64,000 bases of DNA from Lama glama. Taxonomy: Eukaryota. The position numbers were made by a program, and so were the translations under genes. The notes beneath the pieces are model-generated. The model was not told the origin of the DNA. It saw only the letters and a program-made list of their open reading frames with translations, and made no database searches. How positions within the stretch are numbered: the stretch's first letter is position 1; every line of letters starts with the position of its first letter. Shown piece after piece: positions 38,697-52,064 of the stretch. The stretch is from NCBI GenBank assembly GCA_028534125.1, contig CM052816.1, positions 47,494,001-47,558,000 of the forward strand, in the 5' to 3' direction.

Positions 38697-39556
38697 TAGA
38701 TGTCTAAGAAAGTTAAATTGTTTTCGATCATAAGGTCTCAGTTTTGAGTATGGCATTTCTGTGTGTTATGTCATGGGTAATTGGCAAGATTATCCTTTAC
38801 ATGTTCATACCAGACACACACACACACCTCTACATGTTCATGCAAGATCACTGGGCTGGGTCATCATATAGTATATTAGCAGTGGAAAATACTTTCAGAA
38901 CAAGAGTTCTTAAAAAACATGGGGGAAATTCTCCTAAAACTATCCTTATTTTTCCCTCTCTCATTTCTTTATAATCCTTAAAACTGACTCTGGGTGATCC
39001 AGTGAGAAGTCAAAGTGCCAACACAAAGACTTAGCTCTGCTCAGTCATTTGTTCTTCCAGGACCTCAAAAAAAAAAAAAAAAAACCAAAACCCTGAGAGA
39101 TCTTGGCAATTGCTTCAAATTATAGCCACTTTAAAATAAACCAGTATCAATAAGGTTTTTTTTTATACTAACAAAGATAGAGTCATTAATAACTAATAAA
39201 GGTTTGTTAAACCAACGCTGATTTATTCAAAGTAATATGTAATTCAAAGTCACTGGTAGTCCTTAACTGATTAGATGTTATGCATTCTTTACAAAATACT
39301 GAATAATCTGGAAGAATGTAACCACAAGTCAATTAATTAAGGTTGTTGAATTCTGGTTTGATGCTTGTTGCATTAATAAGAGGTGGCTGCAATCAGTCCT
39401 AGCCTCACCTTTGGGCCTGAAAGGACACTGGATATGCACACACTGGTGGCCTTGAATGGGTGACAGGCTGCTGTAGGTTCTCTTCGTCTGTCACCCATCT
39501 TCTCTCTCTATTCAGTTCCATTTTTCATTGAGAAGAAAGACTAAAGCAGCTCCTGG

Positions 39557-39822
39557 AGAAACAGGATGCAGAGTGCTTACAGCATGGACACTGCAGCCAA
39601 ACTATCTGGGATTGTAGTCACAGCTCAGACACTTCCTAGCTGGGAGACTGTGGGTGAGGCACTAACTGGAGCAATGCCTCAGTTCACTCGCTCATAAACT
39701 GGGGATGACAATGAGGTACATGACTCATCCGGTTGTTATGAAGATTCAATGAGTTATTGCTGACCAGGTGATCAGAGGGGTGCATGGCACAGAGAAAACT
39801 CCATGTTAGCATTTATAATAAA
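39557..39822 (+). mobile_element. MIR SINE, full length
   Basis: agcatggacactgcagccaaactatctggg...cagctcagacacttcctagctgggagactgtggg...tgcctcagtt...taaactggggatgacaat...ggttgttatgaagattcaatgagtta. Confidence 0.88.
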
Positions 39823-41157
39823 TAAATGTTCTCAGCAAACATGATGGGACAGGGGCATTATGGTCACTTTAAATGACCATAACCATCTCCTCATAAAGGG
39901 ACAGCAGCAGTCAGAGGAAAAACTTCAATTTCTGCTGCCCTGTGGCTGTCTTCCACTCCTTTCCTATCCCACCTGAGCCCAAATCCCTTGAGATTCAATT
40001 ATGCACTAGAGGGGCGCTTTTCTGAGCCTTGCCCTAACCCAGAGAAGAAGAATAGCTTTTGTGGTTGTTCTTACAAATGTCTCTTAGATTAACACTGAGA
40101 TTGCAATTTCACAAGATCCATGGAGACAGACTTCTTACATGGTCTCAATAAAAACAAAAAAGCATGTCCAAATTTCCATATCCTCTAATATTAAGTACAT
40201 CCTGTGCAGGTCTGCCCTGGCCCAACAAGGAATTGAGCAGTTACCTATTTCTTCAAAATGAAGCAACAAATGTGAAGTGCAATAGATAACTGTTTTTTCA
40301 TGAAAGAATAACCATCTTCCTCGGAAAGATTTTTCCTAAGAAACTGTAAACCCCCTCAGCAGCAGAATACAGACACTCCCATGGTTATCACCTCTTTGCC
40401 AAATAAAATCCAAGTTCAATCATATTTTTTAGTGTATAAAATTCAGTATAGAAAATTACCCTGTAATTTCTTGTTACATATAAGAGTAAATCTGAGATAT
40501 GAATTATTTAATACCCCACGAATCAAATATGATATAAATAGGGCTATAGGGAAAAACGGATCCATGAAAACATCAGCACATTTCTACTAATTGCCCCCAA
40601 AATGTTCTCAAGGAAAAACAATTTATAGGATATTAAAACTAATTCTTCACACTTCAAGGAACTATAGTATGAACACTGCCCTCAGTATTCCAGCATTTCA
40701 AAGGGAATTTTTTTTAAAAGAATCACACTGAATCCATGATAGAATTAAACTCCTAAAACAGAAGTGTTTTCCTTGAAATCTCCAGTAAGAGACAAATGTG
40801 AACTTACAGAGAGAATTTGTCACGTAAGTTTTAAATTTTAATATTTCAAAACTTTCTATTCACTAACAGTGATTATTTTTGCTTTTTTTTTTTTAAAAAA
40901 AGCAGTTTTAATTACCTGACTCTCACCGACTACTAATGACCTAGTGTAAATCTTGAGAAAAAATCAAGGAGAAGAAGCAATGATATAGATGCTTACCATC
41001 TGGCTTGCTTTCTCAGCTTCTCCGAGAACCAGTGAACAGGCGCCCCAGCTCTTTGCTAGAGGAAAAGGAGGCAGTCTCACCCCGAGCAGGATCAAAGAAG
41101 GCTTCCTGTGTCTCTCAGCAGAGGAGAAGGGAGGTTTTGGGTGTATTAAGAGTGTGG

Positions 41158-41350
41158 CTCTACCATTTATTGAGTCATTTCTGTGTGGTCGGGATGCTGC
41201 CAAGTGTGAGATACATAGGGTCTCATAAATCTTTACCACCATTATTCCCATTTTACAAAATAAGAAAACTCTGTGCAGTTAAAGGGTTTGCTCAAGGTCA
41301 CACGATGTTCTAACCAGGACAGAAACCAGGTCTGCACAACTCCAAAGACA
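41158..41350 (-). mobile_element. MIR SINE
   Basis: ccatttattgagt...attattcccattttacaaaataagaaaact...gttaaagggtttgctcaaggtcacac. Confidence 0.88.
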
Positions 41351-41614
41351 TCATCGGAATCACAAAACTGCTGCTCCCTAACACAGCGCACACAAAGGGC
41401 ACACATATATGGAGTGGCTGAGAGGATCAAACTGAACCCTCAGATGCTGCATCTCCTCCACATGCCCAAACTAGGCATTTGGCTGATATATACTGAAAAT
41501 GATTAAAACATAAAAATTGCTTTGTGCTTTTTATAACTCTAGCGATTTCTGGACTATAAAAGACAATAAATGATAGTAACAACACCCCTACCACCACCTC
41601 CAAGAATCATTTCT

Positions 41615-41720
41615 CCTGCCATTTACTAGGCATTTACTTTAGGTACTTTGCTGAGCACTTTACATATATTATTTCATTTAAAAAAAAAAGGAACAAGCTA
41701 CAGATTTTACAATATAAACC
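41615..41720 (-). mobile_element. MIR 3' fragment
   Basis: ccatttactaggcatttac...aggtactttgctgagcactttacatatattatttcatttaa. Confidence 0.7.
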
Positions 41721-43502
41721 CCAAACTAAACTGAAATGAGCATATAAATTTTTTTCAGGAGTGGAAAACATGGGCACAGTTTTCCATTTGCCTGATTTGA
41801 CTTTCATTTCAAGAGGACAGATTTTCCGTTGTTCAAAGTCTGGTTCATAGAGGTCTGAGTGATTAATCTGTGCCTTGGTCCTGAAGAACGTGCGAAAGGG
41901 ACTGAAGTCAGTTAGCAAGGGCTTACCAAGGTAAAACTGAGACCAAAGACCCAGCATAGAACTAATTAAAATCAAATTTACTCTTTTTATTTTTTTTCAC
42001 CTACTCATGCCAAGAGGCAGACGCTAGATAGGGCATGACTTCACGTGCGTCTCTCAGCACTCAGGTAAGTTAGCAGACTGGCGCGGTCACCCCAGCTCAG
42101 AGAGTAATTCTGCCATCTCCACCCAGCCAACGTCAAGGGAAATGAATCTCATTCCATTCTTTTTGGGGAGTAATTTATCAGATGATTTATTTACAGTGCA
42201 GTCTGCATGACAAGTAAACAAATATGTTATTTTTGCCCACTGTAGTTAGATTTTGAGCATGAGAAGGAGACAGAGTAAGTGTCTCTCTAGGACGTGTGAG
42301 TAGCTCTGACAACAGCTTTGAAAAAGGAAGGAACTCCATTACCAGGCATTTAGCAAGAACTGATTTACATACTAGAGTAGATCTTTCATGAATTCTGCCA
42401 ACGTAGAGAGGAAAGGGGAGGGGAAAAAAGAAAGGTTCCAATTGCTCGCTACCACTGTGCATGTTGATGAATCCCCCAGCACATGTTAATTAATGCCCTA
42501 TTGTGTTTGGCAGACTACCAGGGACTGTGATTGTACACGGGCTGATCCTTTAAATGGAGAGTGGCTTACTCTATATTGAAAAGAAAAAGGTTTGTATTTG
42601 TATAAGCCACAACTATTCCTTAGGAATAAGTGTTTTGCTTTTAGTGCAATTAAGAGAGAAGAACTGCCATCTATCACAATATTTTATCATTACATGTAAA
42701 AAAAGAAAAACCTCAACCCCAGTAAAGTAAAAAAAAAAATCACAGAAATGTCATTGTTCTTAAGGAAAAATAACATTGCTCCCTTTGCCCTATCCAGATC
42801 CCTGTCCAAATTTCATCCACACATGATGATAATGAATATTGTTATCTACCATCTTGTGCTCTGGCTGAAGCAAAGGATTGTATTTCCTCAATTAAAAGGA
42901 AATCCTTGTAATAAACACGTGGCAATCCTGAAAAAAATTAAATAAAAAAATGCTGTCCTGGCAACAGAGGTGAATCAAATAGGGGAAAAGAACCAGGAGA
43001 TGCAAATTCCCTAGGCTGAAGCTTACAGAAGTCTTAGGTCCTGCTGGAATTTTAATTTAAATTGTAGAAAAAGAAAAGATTGACTAACCACTCAGCTCTT
43101 CTTTCTTATTTGTTTTAATTTGCTTTTTACTACTTGCACTGTAAAGAGCTGATTAATATTGGATGTCTTACAGCATGAGTGGCCTGGAAAAATAAATTGC
43201 CTTATATTATTGCTCCTTATGAATAATGTTGACATATCTAAAAAGCTGCCACAGTAGAGTCCAAGAAGATAGTGCAGCCAAATCGATTAATTAAGTGTCT
43301 TTCACCATCCCAAGTAATAATAAAATTCAACTGCGGCGTCCTAAAGAGCCCACCTTTCCTCTAACCTACATTACCTGAGCTGAAATAGGCTGAAGTCTTT
43401 TTTTTTTATTTGTATTTTTTTCCTTAATGACTTCAGCCATTTGGGCTTCTTTGTACGTAGGACTTTCTCAGATTTCCCTAGTACCTTAAGCTTTATTCAA
43501 AC

Positions 43503-43675
43503 CAGTGATCCTCTAAGTGGAGGACAAGGGCCACCTAACCCAGAATCATTTGGGAAGGCTCGTCTGGAACATGGGTTCTGGGAATCCACGTCCCCAGAGG
43601 CGCTGATTCAGTAGCCGGAAGTAGAAGTCCAGGAATCTGCTTTTTAAATCAGCACCCAGGCAGTTCTGATCATTT
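43503..43675. mobile_element. MER5-family hAT-Charlie MITE
   Basis: cagtgatcctctaagtg...cagaatcatttggga...cccagaggcgctgattcagtag...ccaggaatctgctttttaaatcagcacccagg..gttctgat. Confidence 0.82.
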
Positions 43676-44155
43676 AAACCATTCCAGATGTTCTTCTAGG
43701 GTTCAATGGCTTTTTTCCCCCTTTAAATTCACCAGTTCTTCTTTTACTTGATTTTACTGGACAACATGTGTCCCTTTAGCGAGTGTGGTGTCATGAACTT
43801 TGTTGTAGATGTCCAGGTCTGTTCTCCTTCTGGTCTGAGGAGGTGGGGACCCAACACCCCAATGACCTTTAACTCAAAGTGCCAGGATTTTGGTCCTTTT
43901 TGTCAGTGGGGAAGTACCACTGGGCTAGGAGGATATGAACGTTCAAGAACAAGGGGGAGATCACCATGGAGTGAACACAGAGAACTTTGGTGGGCCCTCC
44001 AGCCTTTGGGAAACTTCTTTCTGGGACACAATCAACTCTTAACTCATGTTTGTATCAACCTGGGTATGCAATGAACTAAAGGAACAAAACTCCAGCCTCA
44101 TAAAACAGATATGTTATCGATTCTTTTTGCAGTACAGGATTCTTGTGGTTGGATG

Positions 44156-44392
44156 AATAATGGTAATGATCTGCTGAGTATTTACTGTACGCCAAGCAAG
44201 AGCTAAGTGCTTCCTATACATTACACAGTATATCTTTTCAGCAAGAACCCTTTGAGATAGGCATGAACAGTCTTCCATTTTATAGGTGAGGGACTGAGGT
44301 TTTGAAGGATAACTAGTTTACCTGAGATCCCTGATCGGGGACTTAAAATTCTGTTACAGACTGGTCTGACTCCAGGGCCTGTGCTCTAAGAA
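44156..44392 (-). mobile_element. MIR SINE
   Basis: ctgagtatttactgtacgccaagca...ccctttgagatagg...ccattttataggtgagggactgagg...gtctgactccagggcctgtgctct. Confidence 0.85.
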
Positions 44393-45577
44393 TCCAGAAG
44401 ACAACCAGCCTCCAATCTTAAGTAGCTTTTCTCTCGCCTTTCTAATCAGCCAGTCTTTGTGCCCCACATCTTTGAAGTAAAGTCTAGATTCTACATGAGC
44501 ATCTTTTCCTCTGGGAGTGCTTCTGGCTACTATTACAATATTATACGTTCTTTGAGATGAGAACAAACGGCTCGCGCCCCACCTCTGGGTTTCCTTGCCA
44601 GCGCTGTCAGAACCACAATACAATGGTGCCGTGCTCAGGCGGAGTAAGCGAGGTCCTGCCGCTCTATTTTAGGACTCAGAGCTCTGACAGAGAGCTTACT
44701 GTTACGTTATCGCACAACATGATTACAATAGATGAAGTCACTTTCAAGGGAAGCCGGAGCCTGTACCCTGCCAGTGCTTTGTTCAATGAGCCCAAGACAA
44801 AAATAACAGCATCTAATGGGCAGGGAGGCTGAGAGAGTGGCACAAGACAGTCTTCACAGAGTGCAACTCTGAAACAGAAAGCAAGGCAATGGCAAAGGCA
44901 AACTGCGAACTGATTTTTAAAATCTCACTCTGCCCCCAATAGTCACTGCTTTACATAGAGGATTTTCTTTCTTTAGTGTATCCCCAAGTTCTCCAAAGTT
45001 GAATGGCCATTCCCCCGTCTGGCTTTCCTGCCTCTGCACTACTGCCTGTGCCCTTGCCTTCACTGGGAAGCCTCCTTAATACAGACACCTCTTTTCCCAA
45101 ATTCTGCCTGGCCAATGGCAGATGATTTCCTTTAAGATGGGGGACAATGTGGCAGAAAAGTTGCGCTTTTGCTGTTTTAAAAAGAAATCTGTGCAAAGAG
45201 ACTTAGTACTAAAAATAAGTTCTGACACCAGGGTCTTCTTTTAAAGTCCACAACAAATCTTGATGCTTTATTTTCTTCTGCACACTCTTGACCTGGCTTT
45301 GGTCATAGCTCTAATTCCAAAATTCATTCCTTGGTTCTTACAACTGCCAATCTTTGTAAGTGAATATTGGATTCTGGTTTTGCCCCCTAGAAGCCACACG
45401 TCTTCCCTGGGCTGCTTTGATTGGCTGCCTGGTGTTAGTTTAGCATCATCCCTCAAGTTGCCAGATGCACTTTCATTTTCCCTCAGCCTATGGCTAATGT
45501 TTGGTTCAAAAACTGTGAACTGATGGTCAACTCCAACCAAGATCTTACGTGATTATTCAGGTAAGAAGTGATTTATT

Positions 45578-45735
45578 CTCCCCTGCACTTGATTTAGACC
45601 CTTTTTATGGCACTTGTATTGCTTGCTTTAATGATTATTTGTATACGTCTAGTTTTCTTTGCTGAACTATCAGCTCTTTGGTATTAGGGATCAGGCCTCA
45701 TTCACTTTTATGTTGCCGACAGTGTTTTGAATTAA
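45578..45735 (+). mobile_element. L2 3' fragment
   Basis: tatggcactt...ttattttgtatacgtct...gaactatcagctctttg...agggatcaggcctcattcacttt. Confidence 0.6.
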
Positions 45736-45746
45736 TGATAAAAGCA

Positions 45747-46002
45747 ATAATACTAGATAGTATTTAGTGAACCTCTAATATAGTCTAGGCACTGTGCTAC
45801 AAGGTTTTCCCTCATTATCTCTTTTGACCCTTACAAATACTGTAAAGTAGGCATTATTGTTATTAACATTTAATAAATGAAGACACCAAAGCTTAGAGAG
45901 TTTCATAAATTTGCCCGAATTTACATAGCTAGTCTATGTGAAGCCGAGATTCTAAAGCAGGTCTGCTGGACTTCAGAACAAGAACTCTTAATCATTGCAC
46001 TG
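45747..46002 (-). mobile_element. MIR SINE, full length
   Basis: aggcactgtgcta...aagtaggcattattgttatt...aatgaagacaccaaagcttagagag...ttgcccgaatttacatagctagt...gaactcttaatcattgcact. Confidence 0.88.
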
Positions 46003-46524
46003 GAGTTTTTAGTGAACTGACCACATGAATTTACAAAATTATGTTTACAAAATAAAATTATTAAAACATAAACCTCTATTCAAAGTTTCAAATAAATATA
46101 TTACAGACCTAATATTTTTAAATATCCAAAAGAATGTTTTTTGCTCTGACTCTACAACATTTGACACATTTGTGGCATTTAGAATTCACATGTAAAAAAA
46201 GTTTACATTAAGGATGAAAATAAAATGAGATTCAGTCAGCCAAGTTGGACAGCCAATGCCAAGTGTGACAGAAGTACACTGTGGTGCTTTTCACATAGTA
46301 AACACCCATATTTACTGAATGAAAAAAGAGACTGAATTAATGACCCATTCAACCAATGAGCAAACATACTAAAAATCAACCTGTAAATTAGCTATTTTAG
46401 AATAATTACTAAAAATGTATAGCAGCTCCTATAAAATATTTGGAATTAGACATACTATCCTTAGCATGAGTCACTGCAAGAATGGAAGTATGTAGGGAAG
46501 ATGATCCCAACAAAATCTCCATAG

Positions 46525-46690
46525 AGGAGTCACACCTGGTCTCAAATCCCAGAGTAAGCAGCTCAAGTGTGTCATTTGTTTATAAATGAGGTGGCGAATC
46601 CTACTTAACCACAACATTGTAGGTTAAATGAAATGTAACATGAATGTATGGTAACTTGGCACATAATAGGTACTCAATGAATGTCCATTC
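46525..46690 (+). mobile_element. MIR SINE, internally deleted
   Basis: ggagtcacacctggtctcaaatcccag...tcatttgtttataaatgagg...ggttaaatgaaat...tggcacataataggtactcaatgaatg. Confidence 0.72.
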
Positions 46691-47324
46691 TTTGCTCCCA
46701 TCCCACACCTTCTTATCCTATTTATTTAGTGAGATGGCTTCAATTGATTATATCTTCTTGAGGCCACACTTCCTCTAAGGTCTTAGATCACCATCATAAT
46801 GCTGGAAATCAGAGCTGGCTTCCCCAGAAGTCCTCAGTTCTATCAAGAGGGGACAAAAGAGTCAGAGTGTTTGTGGTAACTCCTCTCCTCTCTTAGGAGA
46901 GATCTAAGGGGAAACTTTAATGTGCCTCGTCTCAGCCTTCTACTGTCCTCTGGGGTAAAGAAAGGGATTGTGAGTTATAGTAAAATCCAGCTTCCTCGGA
47001 AGTCTCACTTCTATCCACACATGTCAAGGCTGAGTTTATGGCTTTGGACTTTGATGATCCACAGCTTCCCAAGACCTCTTGGCCTCTGGCACCAAGAGTC
47101 TAGAGGGAGATAAAGAGATCCAAACCCCCTGATCTCCTCACAGTTATCCCTTTGGCACCGTGGTCTGCTTGAATCCACCTGTGCGAATCACATTGTTCCC
47201 ATTATCCTTGCCACTCATCCCAAGAAGCTCCGTGTCCAGGCCCTGCCCCTCCTGAAGCACGTCCTCTGACCTGTTTCCCTCTCCGACCACTTCCTACTTC
47301 ATGAAACCCACTGCACCCTCTGGA

Positions 47325-47533
47325 ATTCATTTATATATATATTCATATATATATTCATTTATATATATATATATATATATATATAACATTTTCATATTCT
47401 TTTTCAGTACAGGTTGTCATAAGATATTGGATGTATTTCCCTGTGCTATACAGTAGGACCTTGTTGTTTATTTTATATATAGTAGCGTGTATCTGCAAAT
47501 CTGGAACTCCCAATTTATGCCTCCCCATCCCCT
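47325..47533 (-). mobile_element. L1 3'-region fragment (camelid-like) with expanded TA microsatellite
   Basis: ttttcatattctttttc...ttccctgtgctatacagtaggaccttgttgttta..ttttatatatagtag..tatctgcaaatctggaactcccaattta. Confidence 0.88.
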
Positions 47534-48460
47534 GATTTTCCTTCTGTGTGACCAGCTACCCTTCTCAGTCTCCTCTGCTGGGTCCTTCTCATATCCCCAA
47601 CAAAGTACAGATCAGAGGAGTTCCCCATGGCTCAGTCCTTAGGATCTCTTCATTTCTCTATTTCATTTCCTTGGTGATTTTGTCCAGTCTCAAGGATTTA
47701 ATTACCATCCATATGTTGATAGCTTCCAGATTTATATCTGTGGACTTCTCTTCTGATCTCTGGATTCATATAGTTAACTCCTCCAGTTGGAGGTATAGTA
47801 GAGAGCTTGTACTCTTGGCTACCCCAACTTCTAAGTGTATGTTTAATATGGCAGGCAAAAAAAAGATAATCCAAAATAACAGTCAGAGCATGTCACTCCT
47901 CTGTTCAAACCCTGCAATGGCTTCCTTTTCCACTCAGAGTAAAAGCCAAAGTCCTTACCACGGCCCACAGGGCCTTATAGGATCTGAACCATGCTACCTC
48001 TCCACCAAGACCACTCTTCCCCCAGCTCACTCTGCTCCACCCGCACAGTCTACATGCTCCTGCCTTAGAGCTATTTGTCTGCCCTGCTGAGTTCTCCAAC
48101 AGATGTCTGAAATTCCAGCTCCCTCGCCACTTTCCAGTCTTTGTTCAAGTGTCACCTTCATAAAGAGATTAACCCTAACCTGACATCCTTTGTTCATTTT
48201 GCAATCCCCTCCCCAGCCTCACACTCCTAAGCCCCTTTATCTGGCTCCATTTTTTTCTTTCTCTTTCCATTATACCTATTCCTTTTGACATATGGTGATA
48301 CTTATTTTTTTAAACATCTATTGATTGTTTTCTGTTTCCCCTGCTAGATTATGAGTTCCTTAAGAAGACAGATTTACTTATTTTCTGTTCTGTCTTAGGA
48401 GCCTGGAAATGTGCCTGCCATGCATTAGGTGCATATTAAATACTTAAGTAAATGTTGGAT
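47534..48460 (+). mobile_element. L2 LINE, reverse-transcriptase remnant through 3' end
   Basis: GVPHGSVL (47617-47640) resembles the LINE RT motif GVPQGSVL; GFNYHPYVDSFQIYI (YVDS 47712-47723, other frame) is a decayed YADD box; L2 tail gtgcctgccatgcattaggtgc. Confidence 0.9.
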
Positions 48461-49527
48461 TTACATAGTGTTTTATACTCCTTGGCATACTGTCATGAGT
48501 TACAAAATTATACCCTTTGCCGTTGGCTGAGCAGTTATCATTATTTCCATTATTCAGCTTAGAAAGGTGAGGCCAAAGACAATTTTTTTTTTCTGATCCT
48601 TAAGTTCGTTGTTTTTGCTACTTCATCCTGGTTATCAGGTCATTGTTCTTAAAGATTTTGCTTAACCACTGCATAGAACAATAGCCTAAAACATTTATTG
48701 GGCACTGACTGCTGTTTGCTGGCAACCACGCACAAACACAAAATATAGCCCAGGGTCTGGAAGACAGTGTGTTTGGACAAGAAGGTTATGCCTGGGACTT
48801 GACCCCTAAGAGGCAAAATGCTTTTCCTTTACCAGCAGAGCTACAAACCCTCATGTCAGCAGCTTCTCTTCACTCATAAGCCACCTGGCATCCTGCAATT
48901 GATTTGGCGTGTTTAAATCAGGGTTTTGATCTCAGCATTGCTCTGAGATGACACCTTGGAAGGTGACTAATACAATTTTATTAAATTTAGATTTTGGTAA
49001 TTGGCCAGCACTTACTCACTTGACTGGGGAAGTAAGGGTCCTTTGGTTGTTCTAATCAAGAAATTGAAATAATAAGGCTCTGGCTGATTGTTTTTGAATG
49101 CAGTAAGCATATTTCAGGCACAGCTTTATCACTGGTGACCAGAAGCAGTCATACAGCTAGCTGGCAATCCTAGCCGAATAGAAATTCTTTTACTGGAAGT
49201 TCCTTCTTTCTCTAAGCCGAGGTCAGAATCTCACCTTTGTGTTCCTTGCAGAGAATGCTATTCCTCTTCTAGAAGCTTCTGCACATAGCTCTCAAAACAT
49301 TTAGTCCCTTACGGTCTCCATGTTTCTAGGAGCTCTTACCCTTGATCCTCGCTGGCTATTGAATTCTTACATTCCACTCAGGCATTGATCTAAAGTTTCT
49401 CTGTTTAAGGGTTTTTATTTCTAACTAGAGAGAGCAGTTGAATTGATCCTAGTAATCAGTGAGTTTGTTTTGAAAGTCTTGAAGTTGATTTGCCGTAATT
49501 ATTGGTTCTTTTTGAGTGTGGGAAGGA

Positions 49528-49737
49528 AATGTTTACTGAGCGCTCACTTCCAGGGTGTCACAGCTGTTTTCGGCACTTCACACACATTCGTTAGTGCAGC
49601 TAACCTTGCCATCACCCTGAGGAAAAACTAGGTTCAAGGCCATTTTACAGATGAAGGTACTCAGGAAGGTTAGGTAAGTTTGCTGAGGCCACACAGCCAG
49701 GAAGAGGCAGAGCCAGGATCTGAAACCCCATCTCTAG
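49528..49737 (-). mobile_element. MIR SINE
   Basis: atgtttactgagcgctcac...ccattttacagatgaagg...ggttaggtaagtttgctgaggccacacagccaggaagaggcagagccaggatctgaaaccc. Confidence 0.9.
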
Positions 49738-51904
49738 ACTGCTTTAAAATATATTGACTAACATTCTTTAGTACTGCACACACCTAAAACGGAGCCACTA
49801 AAACCCACCAACATGTGGAAATAACGGATGAGATACCTCACATTTGAGAACCCGGCTTGTAAAATGCCGGTAAGTAGAAGCCCTCCGCCAGTCCAGCCAT
49901 CCCTGTAAGGGTTAGGTGGAGAGACCTTGGTGACCACTTTTGTCCATCATTTTAGGAGTGATTAGCTATCAGCCAGATGTGTAGGAAAATGATTCAATTT
50001 GCCTGAAGGTAAAATAAACTGATAAATTGAATGTGGCCATTTAGACAGGAGAAAATTTTGACCACATGCCTCCACTGTCTCGACGCGCAGCATGCTGACT
50101 GATTGATTGGACCTGGTGTATTTGTCTCAGTCAAACCTCACACGCTTAGGTGCCAGAGAAAACAATCCTGATCTTCTGTCTCCTCTTCCTTCCTCTCTTG
50201 TTCTTTTTTTCCCCACCTCCTTCATCATCTTCTTTTTGTTTTTACATTGATGTCCCTACTCCAGAGAAGTTGAAAGACCTTGAAAGTGATAACCCTGTCT
50301 CGGATGTCATTGGTGTCCAGATTTTCAGCTATGATTATGGGATTTTTATTATTAGAGCCAAGGATCAGAAGAAAAATTCAATCAGTGTTTCAATTCCTTT
50401 TCCCTTTCTGGAAAACTGAGGAAGTGTCTTGGCTCTGTGCTTTAGATATGAGATACACCTTTCATGACTTCTGAAGGCTTGAAATTAATTAATTTTCCCC
50501 TTCATCCTAGTCCATCATCAACTCGCTATCCATTGTTTAAAGCAGGAACGCAGCTCCAAGGCTTTTGCATGAATTCGAGTTTCTTATTGATTTCAAAGAA
50601 TCCCACCCCTGGATGTGTTTAATTTGGTTACCACAGTCTCATTTTGTTTTTAATGTAGTTTGAATGGTTTTAGGTGAGGCATATGCTGTCCTGTAAATCT
50701 CAGTGCTAACCTCTCTCAATTGTGTAGTTTGACTCCTTCCTACATTTATGGTACTTGCTTAGGCCCTGAAGGCATTTCAGTTTGCAACCCTTATTTAAAT
50801 GAAAATCAACAGTAATATGATTTAATGATGGTTCAAGATGTCTTTAAGAATATGTATATAGGTTCATCACACAATATATTTCATTTCACATTTTATGTTT
50901 TTATGATCTGGTGATGCACCAACAACACTCTTTTCTATAGCCATTTGAAAAATTTCATTGACATTTTAGCAGCTTTTTTTTCCCCTCTAAAATGGACGTA
51001 AATTTCCCAGGTCATTTCGGGGAGAGAAATTTGTTTTAGCAAATAGATTCGGACCTTTATCTGCCATTGATGGTTTGGTGGTTTCAAATGCAGCATTAAC
51101 CGGCAACCTTCCAGATATTTTTCAAGGCAAGCCATCATTGTGCCTGTATAACTCAGCGATAGTCATGTAGATGTTACTGAGTGACTGTCAATGTGTAGGG
51201 TAAATGTATATGGTACAAAAGACAACTTGTTGAAGAGATTTGTTCTGTTCAAATCAGGAAACTTATCGAGCAATAAGTCATTGTGAATCAAGGTCTCATT
51301 TTATGAAAGCTATCCAACCACCGGATGAAGATTTGACCCCAATGGATACCTAAGAGTGTAAAATAGTGTGGACTTGAAAATATAAATTGACACTAATGTT
51401 CAACACAGAAAAGAGTGCCAGTTTTGTTTTTACCATATTTTATTATAAGTTCATTTTGAATAAGTAAAAAACATACTATGTTACCAACCCAAGGGTTTTG
51501 CATGTTTGCGTGTTTAATGATTACTCTGTTGAGGTCCTTTTATATTTTTTTCTTTCTGTTTTTCATAAGCCAAATTACAAAGATGTTTATTTGAATATTA
51601 AAAAATAAAATTCTCATTTTGATATTTTTACAATGTCGTTTGTTATAAAATTCAAAGACCTGGTTTTCTAATGTGGATCAATTTTTTTGTCCTTGAAAAA
51701 TCTACATTAACTCTAAGTACTACTAATGCAGACATCAGAGAAATAAAGTTGAATATTTACTAGCAACATCAGAGATGAACAAGAAATGGTCTAATAAAGG
51801 TTTAACGCAATCAAGAGTATTCGACATTTTGTTAAAAAGAATATCTGTATTTTGAATGACACAAACCTCAGTGTAATCTTAACACATATTTAAAACGTGA
51901 AAAA

Positions 51905-52048
51905 TTAAGGCTAGAATGAGAGCTAAAGATACCGTTGTTAAGAACTTCATTTAATAAATGAGAAAATGGTGACTCGGCTAGTTGTGGAAGAATTAGAACT
52001 AGGATCCACATCCTAATACCTAAATGGACATTCTTTTCACTACAGCCC
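51905..52048 (-). mobile_element. MIR-family fragment (diverged)
   Basis: ttcatttaataaatgagaaaat...gctagttgtggaagaattagaactagga...cattcttttcactaca. Confidence 0.55.
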
Positions 52049-52064
52049 ACACCTCTGTAGGGCA

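Noticed and set aside
47548..48090. 180-aa ORF as a gene
   Set aside because: It lies in a decayed L2; the RT motifs are split across frames and the catalytic YADD is mutated
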